A stretch of 25,153 nucleotides of DNA from the IMG/VR virus record IMGVR_UViG_2740892236_000003. One strand, 5' to 3'. The first letter of the stretch is position 1; every line of letters begins with the position of its first letter. The notes under the pieces are model-generated. The model had not been told where the DNA came from and made no database searches. It saw only the letters and a program-made list of their open reading frames with translations. This document shows positions 7,358 to 17,062 of this stretch, piece by piece. This DNA comes from a virus. Taxonomy: Duplodnaviria > Heunggongvirae > Uroviricota > Caudoviricetes. Both the position numbers and the translations under genes were made by a program.

Positions 7358-7794
7358 TACTCCCCCTTAAGATCAGCATAAAAAATCATGGGCCTCACTG
7401 AACCATCAGGCAGGGTTATGCGCACCGAAAGCGCCAGCCGCGCGTGTCCCACACGTTCTGCATGACAGACCACGGATGACGCCACGCCATCCTGACTGAG
7501 CCAGCCCAGCGCCTCATCCGCGTAAGCACGGGCACGGCTTATCACCGAGGCCAGCGTTTTTTCCCGGCTGAGAAGCCACAGACGGGAGCCAATGGGGCGC
7601 GGGCGAAAACTGTCTCCCCACCATCCCCGGCGGTCGCGCGTACCGTCAGGGATTTCATCCGATGCCAGCGCCCGGCGGTCAGTAAACAGCGAAATCAGAA
7701 CGGCCGTCAGCAGACTGTCATCCGTCAGCAGGTCGGCACCGTTCAGTTGCAGCGAACCGCATCCCTGATCCCACACAATTGCAATATCAGCCAT
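7357..7794 (-). CDS. Baseplate protein, Mu gp46-like (P2 gpW / T4 gp25-like)
   Basis: Real start is probably the internal ATG at 7794 (MADIAIVWDQGCGSLQLNGADLLTDD...), giving ~145 aa with GGAGA upstream. The ORF-track start at 7938 would overlap the upstream gene by 150 nt. Confidence 0.7.
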   Translation of the reverse strand: MADIAIVWDQGCGSLQLNGADLLTDDSLLTAVLISLFTDRRALASDEIPDGTRDRRGWWGDSFRPRPIGSRLWLLSREKTLASVISRARAYADEALGWLSQDGVASSVVCHAERVGHARLALSVRITLPDGSVRPMIFYADLKGE

Positions 7795-8401
7795 TCTCCG
7801 GCACTCCTGTCTTACTGCCTTCGCCGTTATCATGATGCACATGGCCGGAATACCGTATCCCTGCAATAACGGCATCCGACATTGTGAACAGTCCCTGAGA
7901 TTTCCCCGTACCCTCAAGCGCGAAATTACCCTTAACATGCAGGTTCTTATCCACCGTCACATTGCCCGTAAAGGTGGCTTCCGGCGTATCCACCCGCATC
8001 CCCTCGTCGGCGTAAATCTCCAGCATTTTGCATGTCACAATAATGCGGCCATCCTTTGTTAACCGTATCCGGTGCCCCTCATGGTGATACACCCCCGTAT
8101 CTCCGGCTGTGAGTCCGGTCGGGCGGCTGCGCCGGTCTTCCACCACAAGCACCACAGTCTGATCCCGCTGTCCGCCCAGACAGGCAAAAAAGGTTTCCGC
8201 ACCCGGCAGGGGAACGCTGATCTGCCCGTACTGCTGGGGACGCTCCACATCATCAAAGGTTTCGCCGTCCATGCCGGTGAGCTGCACATTCTGCATTTTC
8301 AGTTCGTCATGTGTGCCGGTCAGAACGCCCCGGCCAAACAACAGGCGAATACCGCGCGTTACCGGGGCAATCAGGCGGCTGAACACTTCATCATTCATCA
8401 A
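7787..8401 (-). CDS. Baseplate assembly/spike protein, Mu gp45 / P2 gpV-like
   Basis: 204 aa. Position between the P-like and gp46-like genes. Confidence 0.75.
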   Translation of the reverse strand: MMNDEVFSRLIAPVTRGIRLLFGRGVLTGTHDELKMQNVQLTGMDGETFDDVERPQQYGQISVPLPGAETFFACLGGQRDQTVVLVVEDRRSRPTGLTAGDTGVYHHEGHRIRLTKDGRIIVTCKMLEIYADEGMRVDTPEATFTGNVTVDKNLHVKGNFALEGTGKSQGLFTMSDAVIAGIRYSGHVHHDNGEGSKTGVPENG

Positions 8402-9515
8402 AGCTGATCCCCTGTTTTTTCATCTGCTGGCGAATAAAGGCATCAACATCGTCACCGGAACCACCCCGGCCCTTACTGTCCGGCTCTGCCGGAACGATAA
8501 AGCCGTCACGCGGTGCCAGTACCAGCCGGGTGACTTCCCCGTTATGCTCATCAAGTAAAAACTCCACCTGACAGACCAGCAGTTCAGTCTGTTCTATACC
8601 GAAACGCAGGGCTGAAACACCGGTCAGCAGATTGACATCCCATAACCGGCCATCATCCCGGAACCAGCCACGCACGGTGGCAGAAAACCGTTCTGAACGG
8701 GCAATCGCACGGCGCATTTCACGCAGGGCACGCTGCCGTGCACCGGTGATGTCTGTCTGTTGATCGGCGAGGATGATTTTCGGCCGGTAGCGGCCGATCT
8801 GCTCATCACTGATGACGCCCACAGGTGCTGCCAGACGGGCGGCGGATTCGCTGTCTCCCCGTTTGCCACCACCGCGCCCGTGTCCCCGGACACGGTATTC
8901 GCTGTATCGTCCTCGCCAGTCCGTGTTGTAATCGGCATCAAGCAGGTTATCTCCCAGCACCAGTCTGTCCGTCTGCTGGCTTCCTGCCTGGGTGAACACC
9001 AGATCGCCGTCAGCATTACTGGTCACCAGCACCCCGCGATGCCGGGCAGCACGGGTCAGCGCATCCGCCACGGTTTCTGAGTTTTCCAGCGTAAAAGAGC
9101 TGAAGGGGCGTGCAGCCGTGTCGTCGTTAACCTGCCAGCGCACGGCTATCCCGAAGGGCGCACATAAATCTGCGGCAATCTGTGCCAGCGTCCGGTTGCG
9201 CCACTGGCTGCCGGGATGGATGGCGGCACAGTCCACCAGGTCGCCGGTTTTATCCCGACCGCTGATGCTGATCTGATGACGGGTTGCACTGATCCGCTGA
9301 CTGACCTGATCCAGCCAGCCACTGATGACCGTCTGCCCGTTAATTCTGAGCGTCAGGGACTGACCGGTCCGCAGGGCTGAGGGGATGCGCTCACCGGGCA
9401 GCATCAGCCCCAGTTCAAACGACCCGGCCAGATGCTCCAGCGAGCGACGGACGCTGACCGTCAGCCAGCCGGAAAAAATACTGCCGCCGATATACAGTTC
9501 AATCCTGCTGCTCAC
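8391..9515 (-). CDS. Tail protein, Mu P (gp44) / P2 gpD-like
   Basis: 374 aa. Size and position match Mu gp44; MSSRIELYIGGSIFSGW... N-terminus. Confidence 0.75.
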   Translation of the reverse strand: MSSRIELYIGGSIFSGWLTVSVRRSLEHLAGSFELGLMLPGERIPSALRTGQSLTLRINGQTVISGWLDQVSQRISATRHQISISGRDKTGDLVDCAAIHPGSQWRNRTLAQIAADLCAPFGIAVRWQVNDDTAARPFSSFTLENSETVADALTRAARHRGVLVTSNADGDLVFTQAGSQQTDRLVLGDNLLDADYNTDWRGRYSEYRVRGHGRGGGKRGDSESAARLAAPVGVISDEQIGRYRPKIILADQQTDITGARQRALREMRRAIARSERFSATVRGWFRDDGRLWDVNLLTGVSALRFGIEQTELLVCQVEFLLDEHNGEVTRLVLAPRDGFIVPAEPDSKGRGGSGDDVDAFIRQQMKKQGISFDE

Positions 9516-10857
9516 TGATCACCTCCACGCGGCGGCCACCCGGAACAAAAACCGGATCGGGGATATTGTTTCTGCGGACAAAATACTGCCAGCGGCGGCT
9601 GTTACCGGTGGCACGGTACAGCGTGACCAGTGCCGGTTCGGTGGTTCGCACCATGACCTGAAAAGCACCGGGAAGATGCACGCTCCGCGTGGTTAAATCT
9701 TCTGTCAGCGCAAGCCCTGCATCACGTAATGCAAGGGCGGTGCCGGTATGGCCCTGTGCGGACAGATCCAGCACCTGTTGTTCCATGGCATCGCTCAAAT
9801 CCCGGTTGATACGCTGCACATCAGCAGAACTTTCCAGCCAGGCCAGTCCGCCCGCACGGTCAGTATCCTGAACGTGCGTCGTATTCTGCCGGATGACCTG
9901 ATCCAGCAGTTTTCCGACCGTCTGCGCCTGCGACACCAGGGCTGCACTCTGCATGACGCTCCGCAGCAGACGGATATTGTTCTGTGCCGCAGGCGTCAGA
10001 CCAATCAGGCGCTGCGGATCATCCTGTTCGCTGAGGGTGTAACGCAGGGAAGAAAGTGTGCGGTACAGCTGCGGCATGGCCTGCTCTGTCGTGCTGTCAC
10101 GGTTTGTGGTCAGGCTGCCGGACGGCGTTCCGGCTTTTCCGGTCAGCGACAGGGAAGGAGCGCCGGGCAGCCCCGCCAGCACGGCAAACATTCCGGCCAG
10201 CGATTCAGCCATGCGACGGGGCGCATTAATCAGGGCGGCGGCATTCCCTTTCAGGGCAGTAAAACTGGCCGTAAAGGCACTGATATCCTGCACAATCCCC
10301 ATCCCTGAAACGGCATTCTCCAGCGCATCAATTTTATCGCTGATGGTGTCGGTCATGGCCTGTACATCATGCAGACCGTCTGAAATCACCGTCCAGCCGT
10401 CTGAAAGTGTGTTAAACAGCTGATTCATTGCTGAGCCGCTTTTCTGCTCCAGCGCAGCTGCCGTATCTTCTGCCACCGAAGGGGCGGTATCGTCACTGGC
10501 GGGGATCACGTTGATCGTGAACTCAACCGTTCCCTGCTCGCTGGCGTTATAACGGCTTTCAAAGCTGTTTATCAGCACGTTTAACGTGCCGTAATCCGGG
10601 TGCATCAGTTCACCGGCACCGGGTGCACGCAGCGCATCACGCAGGCGGCTTCGCTGTGTCTGAAGATCGTCTCCGGTCACTAGAACCGTGAATGTGAACT
10701 CCGGGAGTTTTGGCCCCAGATCATCCGCACCGCCGCTTTCACGCAGTGGGTATTCACGGCGCACAATGTTACGTCCGCCCCGTTCCCGCTGCTCCTGATA
10801 AACCAGGAACGGTACGCCACGAAAGGAGCCACGCCCCGGCGTGTCAGTAGAGGCCAT
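9499..10857 (-). CDS. DNA circularisation protein N-like tail protein (Mu gp43)
   Basis: 452 aa. The N-terminal region (GSFRGVPFLV...) resembles the DNA-circulation N-terminal domain. Sits directly downstream of the tape measure gene. Confidence 0.75.
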   Translation of the reverse strand: MASTDTPGRGSFRGVPFLVYQEQRERGGRNIVRREYPLRESGGADDLGPKLPEFTFTVLVTGDDLQTQRSRLRDALRAPGAGELMHPDYGTLNVLINSFESRYNASEQGTVEFTINVIPASDDTAPSVAEDTAAALEQKSGSAMNQLFNTLSDGWTVISDGLHDVQAMTDTISDKIDALENAVSGMGIVQDISAFTASFTALKGNAAALINAPRRMAESLAGMFAVLAGLPGAPSLSLTGKAGTPSGSLTTNRDSTTEQAMPQLYRTLSSLRYTLSEQDDPQRLIGLTPAAQNNIRLLRSVMQSAALVSQAQTVGKLLDQVIRQNTTHVQDTDRAGGLAWLESSADVQRINRDLSDAMEQQVLDLSAQGHTGTALALRDAGLALTEDLTTRSVHLPGAFQVMVRTTEPALVTLYRATGNSRRWQYFVRRNNIPDPVFVPGGRRVEVISEQQD

Positions 10858-12901
10858 AGTTCCCTCCGTTCCAGACGTTCACATCCAGGCCATGCTGTGC
10901 GGTATCATCCACATCAATACTGCGCGCCCGCCAGCCTTCAGGGGCCACAAGCTCCACCCGTGCGGCGGTTTTCGCGGTGGCCTGTCCGCCGTTTTCGTCA
11001 CTGCTGCCACGCAGTTTCTGCCAGGCCTGCGTCAGCCAGCCCCCCAGATAATCACCGAGATAGCTGCCCACCGTGGAACCAATGGCAACCCCGACCGGAC
11101 CGGCAGCCGCCCCCAGCGCGCCACCGGCGATACTTCCGGCAAGAGAACCCACGGCACCGGCTTTATCGGCTGCACTGGCGCTGCTGTCCAGCAGTACAGG
11201 AGCCGCCATGGCACCGGCCCACAGGGCACCACCACCCAGCCGACCGGCACCACGGAACAGCCCGGCAAAACGCCCCAGCCCCATGCGGTTTCCGGCCGCC
11301 GTTAGCAGACCACCGGCACGGCTCATCATACGACCGAAGAAGCCCTGTTTACCGGCACTCTCCGCCAGTTGCTCACCGGCAGTCACGACGGTCGTGACAC
11401 CCCGTCCACGTCCGGGGCCGCGTTTTTTACGGCCGCGCACGGTTTTGCCGTCACCGCTGACCACCACATCCCCGCCACCTGAGGCCAGGCCACCCGCAGG
11501 CCAGTTGGTGACCAGCACGGGCTGAACGGCAGCCGGATTTACCCCGGTAAGGAAATTCAGGAACCGGCCAGCGCGTCCGGGCTGCGTTCCCGGTACAGTG
11601 GTCTGCGGTTTGCGGAAGGGCGACGTCAGCACGGAGGTCATCGCCATGCCATAGCGTAAGGGGGTTGCGCCGAGACGTAATGCCCCCGTCCCTGCAAACC
11701 TGAGCACCTTCAGCGCACGGGAGGCGAGATACATATACATCAGGTACTTTGCGGCGGTCTGCGCACCCTGACCAATACGATCCAGCGCATCGCCATAACC
11801 GGCGTCGCGCAGTGCCTGAAGCGTTTCCCTGACTTTCTGAATGGCCCGGTAAAAGCCGGTCGCAGCATCTCTGGCATACTCAAATCCCTGATTCAGTGCT
11901 GAGGCCGTCTGTGTGGCCAGCTTATCCTGTAAGCCGCTTTTCTGTGCCGCATCGGCATAATCCAGAAAGCCTTTCAGGCTCTTTTTCAGGCTGTCAAACG
12001 GTCCCTTCGCCATCACGTCACGGGCAAACTGATCCCAGACGTCACCCATCATGGACGTCATTCCCGTCCATGAGTTCATGGCGTTTTTCTGGGCACCTTT
12101 TGCCTGTTCGGCCATCACCTGAAATAACAGGCGAATGCTGTCCGGTCCCAGTTTTCCTTTCTCGCCTTTCTCACGGATGATCTTCTGGTTTACACCCAGC
12201 TTATCGGCCAGTAACTGGTAAACGTTAATCCCGTATCCGGTCAGAATATTGGCGTCCGCTGCCTGGATACTCTGGCGGGCAAACATCTGTTTGAGTTGCA
12301 GGGACGCACCCTGTGCCTCTGACAGTGACCAGCCGTGATAGCCGCCCTGATCCTGAAGCATGGTAATAAAGCGACGGGCTTCCCTGTCACTCATGCCAAA
12401 CCCGCGACTGGAGGCGTATTCCTGCATAACCCCCGCCAGCCCCCAGGTGGTGTCTTTGGCGTTCTGTACCGCCCAGGCTTTCACTGCTTCCGTTTTTGCC
12501 TTATCGCCATGATTAATGGCGTTGAGACGCAGAATATAGTTCTCCATCTCTGCGGCCGGGCGGATAAAGGCTTTATTAAAACCGTAGACCGCAGCCCCTC
12601 CCGCCAGCATCCCGTAAAGGTTGCTTATCCGCCCGATGGTGCCGGTAATGCTGCCCTGCAGGCGGTCAAAATCTGACGTTACCGTGCGGATACTGCCACG
12701 AACACCGGCAAGCGTTCGCTGCATACGGGAGCCAACAAGCTCTGTTTCCTGACCTGCCCGGCGTGCTGCATTTCCAAGACCACCCAGCCCCGTCCTGCCG
12801 GAACGGGAGAATGCCCCCAGCTCCTGTGACCACTGGCGGGATTTGGCGGAAATATTGCCGAGTAAATCGACAATCAGGGAGGCTTTCAGGTTTTTTGCCA
12901 T
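10844..12901 (-). CDS. Tail tape measure protein (Mu Y / gp42-like)
   Basis: 685 aa, alpha-helical, Ala/Gly/Gln-rich with a Gly-rich C-terminal region. Downstream of the sheath, tube and chaperone genes. Confidence 0.85.
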   Translation of the reverse strand: MAKNLKASLIVDLLGNISAKSRQWSQELGAFSRSGRTGLGGLGNAARRAGQETELVGSRMQRTLAGVRGSIRTVTSDFDRLQGSITGTIGRISNLYGMLAGGAAVYGFNKAFIRPAAEMENYILRLNAINHGDKAKTEAVKAWAVQNAKDTTWGLAGVMQEYASSRGFGMSDREARRFITMLQDQGGYHGWSLSEAQGASLQLKQMFARQSIQAADANILTGYGINVYQLLADKLGVNQKIIREKGEKGKLGPDSIRLLFQVMAEQAKGAQKNAMNSWTGMTSMMGDVWDQFARDVMAKGPFDSLKKSLKGFLDYADAAQKSGLQDKLATQTASALNQGFEYARDAATGFYRAIQKVRETLQALRDAGYGDALDRIGQGAQTAAKYLMYMYLASRALKVLRFAGTGALRLGATPLRYGMAMTSVLTSPFRKPQTTVPGTQPGRAGRFLNFLTGVNPAAVQPVLVTNWPAGGLASGGGDVVVSGDGKTVRGRKKRGPGRGRGVTTVVTAGEQLAESAGKQGFFGRMMSRAGGLLTAAGNRMGLGRFAGLFRGAGRLGGGALWAGAMAAPVLLDSSASAADKAGAVGSLAGSIAGGALGAAAGPVGVAIGSTVGSYLGDYLGGWLTQAWQKLRGSSDENGGQATAKTAARVELVAPEGWRARSIDVDDTAQHGLDVNVWNGGNYGLY

Positions 12902-13028
12902 GGGTTACTGCTTCGTTCTGAGAATTTTTTCGGTCTGTCGGCAGTGCCGGTAAAGCTGCGATAAGGGGAGGTTAAGCGCCCACTCCGGGCCGCTTTTTGT
13001 CACCATCCCCAGCACAATTGCGGCTTCT

Positions 13029-13508
13029 TCAATCTGATCCCGGCACTGCATCTGGTCGCCCCCGTTCAGCGACCAGCTTTCCTGCCATCGCGGAATCAAG
13101 CAGGCTTACCGCCGCCATCAGACGGGAGAGATCGCGCTCGCTGAGCTGTCCGATCTGACGCGGAGACAATGGCCCCTCAATCTGGCCAACAGCGGCAATC
13201 TGACGGCGCAGCAGTGCAATGCCGCGCAGTGCCGGCGAGGCTATCAGAACCGGGCCGCCATTTCGGGTTTCCATAAGACGCTCGGCCTCGGTTTCCGCGT
13301 CAATGCTGTCTTTCGCCGTCAGTTCGCGGAAGGTGACGCGGTATTCACGGGATTCCCCGAACGGCAGACCGTCGAGCAGATCCACATAGCCGTTCGCCAG
13401 CTGTTCAGCCAGCCCGGCGGTGCGGGGATCGCCGTCTTCAAGTACATCCCGGATAGCCTCCATCACGGCCTCGTCAGAAACCGCCGTTTTTTTCTTACGT
13501 GTGGTCAT
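13029..13508 (-). CDS. Tail assembly chaperone (Mu gp41-like), positional call
   Basis: 159 aa, acidic. Lies between the tail tube and tape measure genes, the conserved chaperone slot. Confidence 0.5.
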   Translation of the reverse strand: MTTRKKKTAVSDEAVMEAIRDVLEDGDPRTAGLAEQLANGYVDLLDGLPFGESREYRVTFRELTAKDSIDAETEAERLMETRNGGPVLIASPALRGIALLRRQIAAVGQIEGPLSPRQIGQLSERDLSRLMAAVSLLDSAMAGKLVAERGRPDAVPGSD

Positions 13509-13522
13509 TGCATTTTTCCTGA

Positions 13523-13888
13523 TTACTGGACACGGGTACTGGTGGCGCTGGCGAACTTCGCGGAGATATCACCGCCACCGTCAAGCGAGGCCGGTTCACT
13601 GCTCCAGGCCTTCGTCATCATATGGACTTCACCGGTATCGGCCACGAACTCAATCGTGACCGCAGTCCAGGTGTTGATTTCATCGGCAGCCGGTGAACCT
13701 TCTCCGCCAGCCGGAAATTTACAGTCCAGCGTCGCCTCACGGGGTTTCTCACGATAGCCATAGACTTTCGCGCCTTTCACCACTTCACGCTCAAAGCCGG
13801 ACGGGGAGAACGTGGCTCCCTCAAGGGTGGCGTACTCCTGTCCGTTCACACGGATGGTGGCCGTGCCCTGATGCTGTTTTCCGCTCAT
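13523..13888 (-). CDS. Tail tube protein (Mu M-like)
   Basis: 121 aa, immediately downstream of the sheath gene. Confidence 0.75.
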   Translation of the reverse strand: MSGKQHQGTATIRVNGQEYATLEGATFSPSGFEREVVKGAKVYGYREKPREATLDCKFPAGGEGSPAADEINTWTAVTIEFVADTGEVHMMTKAWSSEPASLDGGGDISAKFASATSTRVQ

Positions 13889-13896
13889 GCCTTACC

Positions 13897-15399
13897 TCAC
13901 AAAATGAAACGGATCTGCGCGGCCATGAAGCGGAACTGGTTAACCAGATCCGGTGTACACATCACATCCAGACGGTTACGGTCTTTTGTGTTGCGCTCCA
14001 CGAGCAGATTCTTTTTAAAGGTGTCCAGATTTTCGACCAGCCCGAGTTCCACCCATTCTTCCCCCAGTGCAATCAGCTGGAGCGTCATAATCTCCGGCGT
14101 CACGATATTCTGACCGGGCCGGACGGGAGTACCGTTATCGGCCAGTTTGTGGCGCGGGAAACGCTGCGTGATAAAGGTGCGCAGGGAATAACGCAGATAT
14201 GACAGGGTGTAGATGGTTTCTACATCCAGATAGCTGGGATCGCTTTCGCCGTATGCATTCTGACGGTACATCGTCACCTGACGTTCAATCTGCACCACAT
14301 CAGCGGCCGCAACGGTCACCGTGGACATGCCGGTATAAAGCAGGCTGTTTCGCTCTTCCCGCGTCAGACGAGCCGGTGCTTCAGGTGCCATACGGGCAGG
14401 CAGCGCCAGTGTCTGTAATGGTCGGGCCGGATCCGTTGACAGGGAGGGCGCACAGACCGCACAAATGGAGGCCGCCCAGACATAATACGGCTCTGGTGCT
14501 TTAGGAATAGAAGTGCAGGTAAACAGGAAGTCATTACGGGATTCACCAAAACTGGTTGCCGTACCGAAGGTGCCGGTATGCGCCATCCAGACCATACCGT
14601 CCGACATTTTTACCGGTCCCCAGCGTTTCAGCAGTTCATCCGCCAGAATTTTGAGATTTGCCGCATCCTTATAGGGCATGACGATGTAGTTGTACTGACG
14701 ATTCCCCATCCCTGAGACGCTACGGGTGATATCGGGGTTTGTTGCCTTCTGTGTTGGCGCGACGAGCTCCAGCGTAAGACCGGCCGGTGTAGTTTCACCG
14801 TCATAATAGTTCACCCGTAAATCATGAGCTGAGCATTCACCGATAAAGCGGGCGTTAACCCCCATGCTCCCTTTAAGTCCTTCAGCATTATCACCACTGA
14901 CTTCAGCTGCGATAGCAGTGAATGGCGCATCAGTGTCAGCGTTAATGACCTTAGCCAGCTCTTCCACAAGCTCTTTACCTTTTTTCCCCTTACTGACGGG
15001 CAGGAGGTAACGGCGACCGCCGATGTAAACACTTAACACCCCGTCTGCCAATGCTGTTCCAATGATATTCATCACGCATGCCCTGGACTGACCTGTTCCA
15101 GCCCCCTGTGCAATGGCATATAACTCTGTGTCAGGGTTAATGGCGATAAATTCCTCTACCATCAGTGCAATCATGGAACCTCGCCCCCAGAGTTCTCTTG
15201 CTTGTGAAGCTCGGGTAATACGTACTGGTACATCAAGCTGACCGCGCCCCTGAATGGTGGTGTCTTTCATTGCAGCCTGACCAAACAACAGTACCGCCTG
15301 ACGCTGTGGTGGAGTGCCGGTCACGGCCATTGAATTATTGATTTCAATCTGTACCAGCGGAATGCGATTGTTATCGCCGATATAATCAAAGTTAATCAT
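13897..15399 (-). CDS. Contractile tail sheath protein (Mu L-like)
   Basis: 500 aa. Typical sheath size and position. Confidence 0.85.
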   Translation of the reverse strand: MINFDYIGDNNRIPLVQIEINNSMAVTGTPPQRQAVLLFGQAAMKDTTIQGRGQLDVPVRITRASQARELWGRGSMIALMVEEFIAINPDTELYAIAQGAGTGQSRACVMNIIGTALADGVLSVYIGGRRYLLPVSKGKKGKELVEELAKVINADTDAPFTAIAAEVSGDNAEGLKGSMGVNARFIGECSAHDLRVNYYDGETTPAGLTLELVAPTQKATNPDITRSVSGMGNRQYNYIVMPYKDAANLKILADELLKRWGPVKMSDGMVWMAHTGTFGTATSFGESRNDFLFTCTSIPKAPEPYYVWAASICAVCAPSLSTDPARPLQTLALPARMAPEAPARLTREERNSLLYTGMSTVTVAAADVVQIERQVTMYRQNAYGESDPSYLDVETIYTLSYLRYSLRTFITQRFPRHKLADNGTPVRPGQNIVTPEIMTLQLIALGEEWVELGLVENLDTFKKNLLVERNTKDRNRLDVMCTPDLVNQFRFMAAQIRFIL

Positions 15400-15686
15400 C
15401 AGGACGTCCCCTTGTCTGATGCTGCGGGTTTTTCAGTCGCGGGTTTTTCAGTCGCAGGTTTTTCTGCTGCCGCTCCCGCGGGTTTTCCGGCGGCATCAGT
15501 CGTTGCAGACGCTGCTGCCGGTGCTGCTTCAGCCGCTTTTTCCACCACAATGACATCCCCGTCATTAAGACGGCGGCACCAGAACGGGGTGAAGGGTTTT
15601 TCCTCTCCCTCCTGCGCCAGCGGTTTCATGGTGTCCGGATCGCGGATCAGGCATCCCGGCGCGGGTTTGATAAAAATGGTTGTCAT
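15399..15686 (-). CDS. Mu gp38-like small protein with (EKPAT)n repeat tail
   Basis: 95 aa. N-terminus MTTIFIKPAPGCLIRDPDTMKPL...GDVIVVEKA. The C-terminus is a low-complexity Ala/Glu/Lys/Pro repeat encoded by the 15-bp tandem repeat at 15424-15468. Confidence 0.6.
   Translation of the reverse strand: MTTIFIKPAPGCLIRDPDTMKPLAQEGEEKPFTPFWCRRLNDGDVIVVEKAAEAAPAAASATTDAAGKPAGAAAEKPATEKPATEKPAASDKGTS
15424..15468. repeat. 15-bp tandem direct repeat, 3 copies (third imperfect)
   Basis: GCGGGTTTTTCAGTC, GCGGGTTTTTCAGTC, GCAGGTTTTTCTGCT. On the minus strand it encodes EKPATEKPATEKPAA in the gp38-like protein. Confidence 0.8.
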
Positions 15687-15689
15687 CTG

Positions 15690-16253
15690 TTATTCCTCTG
15701 ACGGTCCGGCTTTTTCACCGGCGGCGGTTGCACCTGGCAGGCTGATGTGCGCCTTAAATTCCGGTGTGCCTTCCGGTTCGGTGAAGGTTTCGTAATGGCG
15801 CAGGAAATCATCCAGCGAGCTGATATCAGTCAGCGGTGCGATCATTTCCTCGCAGGAGAAATAAAGCGCATACATCACCGCGCCACTGTCGGCCTGCGTT
15901 TCGGTGTAACCGTTGACCGCCTTTTCAAAGTAAAGCGGTGAGGTTTTTTCGGTTCTGAAGCCGTCCAGCACGGTAATCAGGCGGGCCACAATCTGATAAA
16001 GCCCGGGACGGCTGACCTCACGGCCATTGAGCATGTCGCCGATGACGTAGAACACCCAGTGGCTGACCAGACGCCCACGGGTACGGCCTTCACCGGCACC
16101 CAGCCAGGCAACGTAGATCGCCGGGGCGCTAATCAGCATGGTGCGCAGCACACTGTCGCTCCAGTCGCCGGGATGCGTGTCAACTGACACCAGTTCATTC
16201 CCGAAATACTCACGGATACGGGCGATGTACGCTTGCTCGGTTTCCGTAATCAT
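15690..16253 (-). CDS. Mu gp37-like protein
   Basis: 187 aa. Position between the gp36-like and gp38-like genes; 4-nt overlap with the upstream gene. Confidence 0.6.
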   Translation of the reverse strand: MITETEQAYIARIREYFGNELVSVDTHPGDWSDSVLRTMLISAPAIYVAWLGAGEGRTRGRLVSHWVFYVIGDMLNGREVSRPGLYQIVARLITVLDGFRTEKTSPLYFEKAVNGYTETQADSGAVMYALYFSCEEMIAPLTDISSLDDFLRHYETFTEPEGTPEFKAHISLPGATAAGEKAGPSEE

Positions 16254-16669
16254 ATAAAGCCCTTCTGGTTGCGCCCGAACACCGCCGCATCAGACTGCAC
16301 CTGCGGTAAATCCCCGGATTCAGGGGCCGCACCGTCTGTATCCACGCCGACCGGCACGTTACCGTTCATGACATCTTTCAGCCAGGCCAGCGCCTCACGG
16401 TAACGGTCACGCGCCTGATCGGATGCCCGCTGATCGCACAGGTAATAAAAGGCAATCGTGCAGCAATGCTGAACAAGGACCGCCGGAACCACCGCCAGCG
16501 GCAGCGTGTAACGGGCAGACAGGTAACTGTCGATAAGGGCAGACGCGTCCGTCAGTGCCCGGTTCAGCTTGCGCGCGTCCGGCTCATCCGAACGGGGCAC
16601 GGCCAGTAATGGCCTGAGCAAATCCTCGCGGTAACGTGCCCGCATATCGGTTTCGGTGGCGTAATTCAT
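16250..16669 (-). CDS. Mu gp36-like protein (putative head-tail joining)
   Basis: 139 aa. N-terminus MNYATETDMRARYRED... fits the gp36 family pattern as recalled. Confidence 0.6.
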   Translation of the reverse strand: MNYATETDMRARYREDLLRPLLAVPRSDEPDARKLNRALTDASALIDSYLSARYTLPLAVVPAVLVQHCCTIAFYYLCDQRASDQARDRYREALAWLKDVMNGNVPVGVDTDGAAPESGDLPQVQSDAAVFGRNQKGFI

Positions 16670-17019
16670 GCGCGAGCCTTTTTCGCCTGTCTGGCGTTAT
16701 TGCCGGTCTTTTTCCGGGGAGCATCCTGTCCGGCTTCGGCTAAATCTGCACCGGTCTCTGCATGAACCACACCCGCCACGGCTCCCGCATCATCACCAGG
16801 CGTCTGTAGTATTCGTACAGTGAGGCATGGCTCCGCTTCCAGTCGGGCAAGCTGCTCCGGGGTGACGTCAACCTGCTGGCGTCCCCGCATGAACAGGAAC
16901 CCCGCACGACGAAACTGCGCACGACTGCAACGCACTTCTGCCAGTACCGTGACAGGACTGTCACCACTGACCTGAAGGCCTGAATCATCTGTTGCTGCCA
17001 CAGTGTGATGTTCATTCAT
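16666..17019 (-). CDS. Hypothetical protein (Mu gp35 position)
   Basis: 117 aa, in the slot directly after the major capsid gene; 4-nt overlap with the downstream gene. The competing ORF 16740-17015 in another frame is less protein-like. Confidence 0.4.
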   Translation of the reverse strand: MNEHHTVAATDDSGLQVSGDSPVTVLAEVRCSRAQFRRAGFLFMRGRQQVDVTPEQLARLEAEPCLTVRILQTPGDDAGAVAGVVHAETGADLAEAGQDAPRKKTGNNARQAKKARA

Positions 17020-17062
17020 ATTTGCCCTCCGCAGGGGCCGGGCCGTAAGCCCGGCTCACCGT

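Noticed and set aside
7795-7938. N-terminal extension of the gp46-like ORF
   Set aside because: It would overlap the upstream gene by 150 nt. The internal ATG at 7794 has an RBS and gives a typical family N-terminus.
12905-13099. 64-aa overlapping ORF as a frameshift extension of the tail chaperone
   Set aside because: It is in the +1 frame rather than the usual -1, no slippery heptamer was found, it would add only a short extension, and its composition is poor. A frameshift is not excluded but is unsupported.
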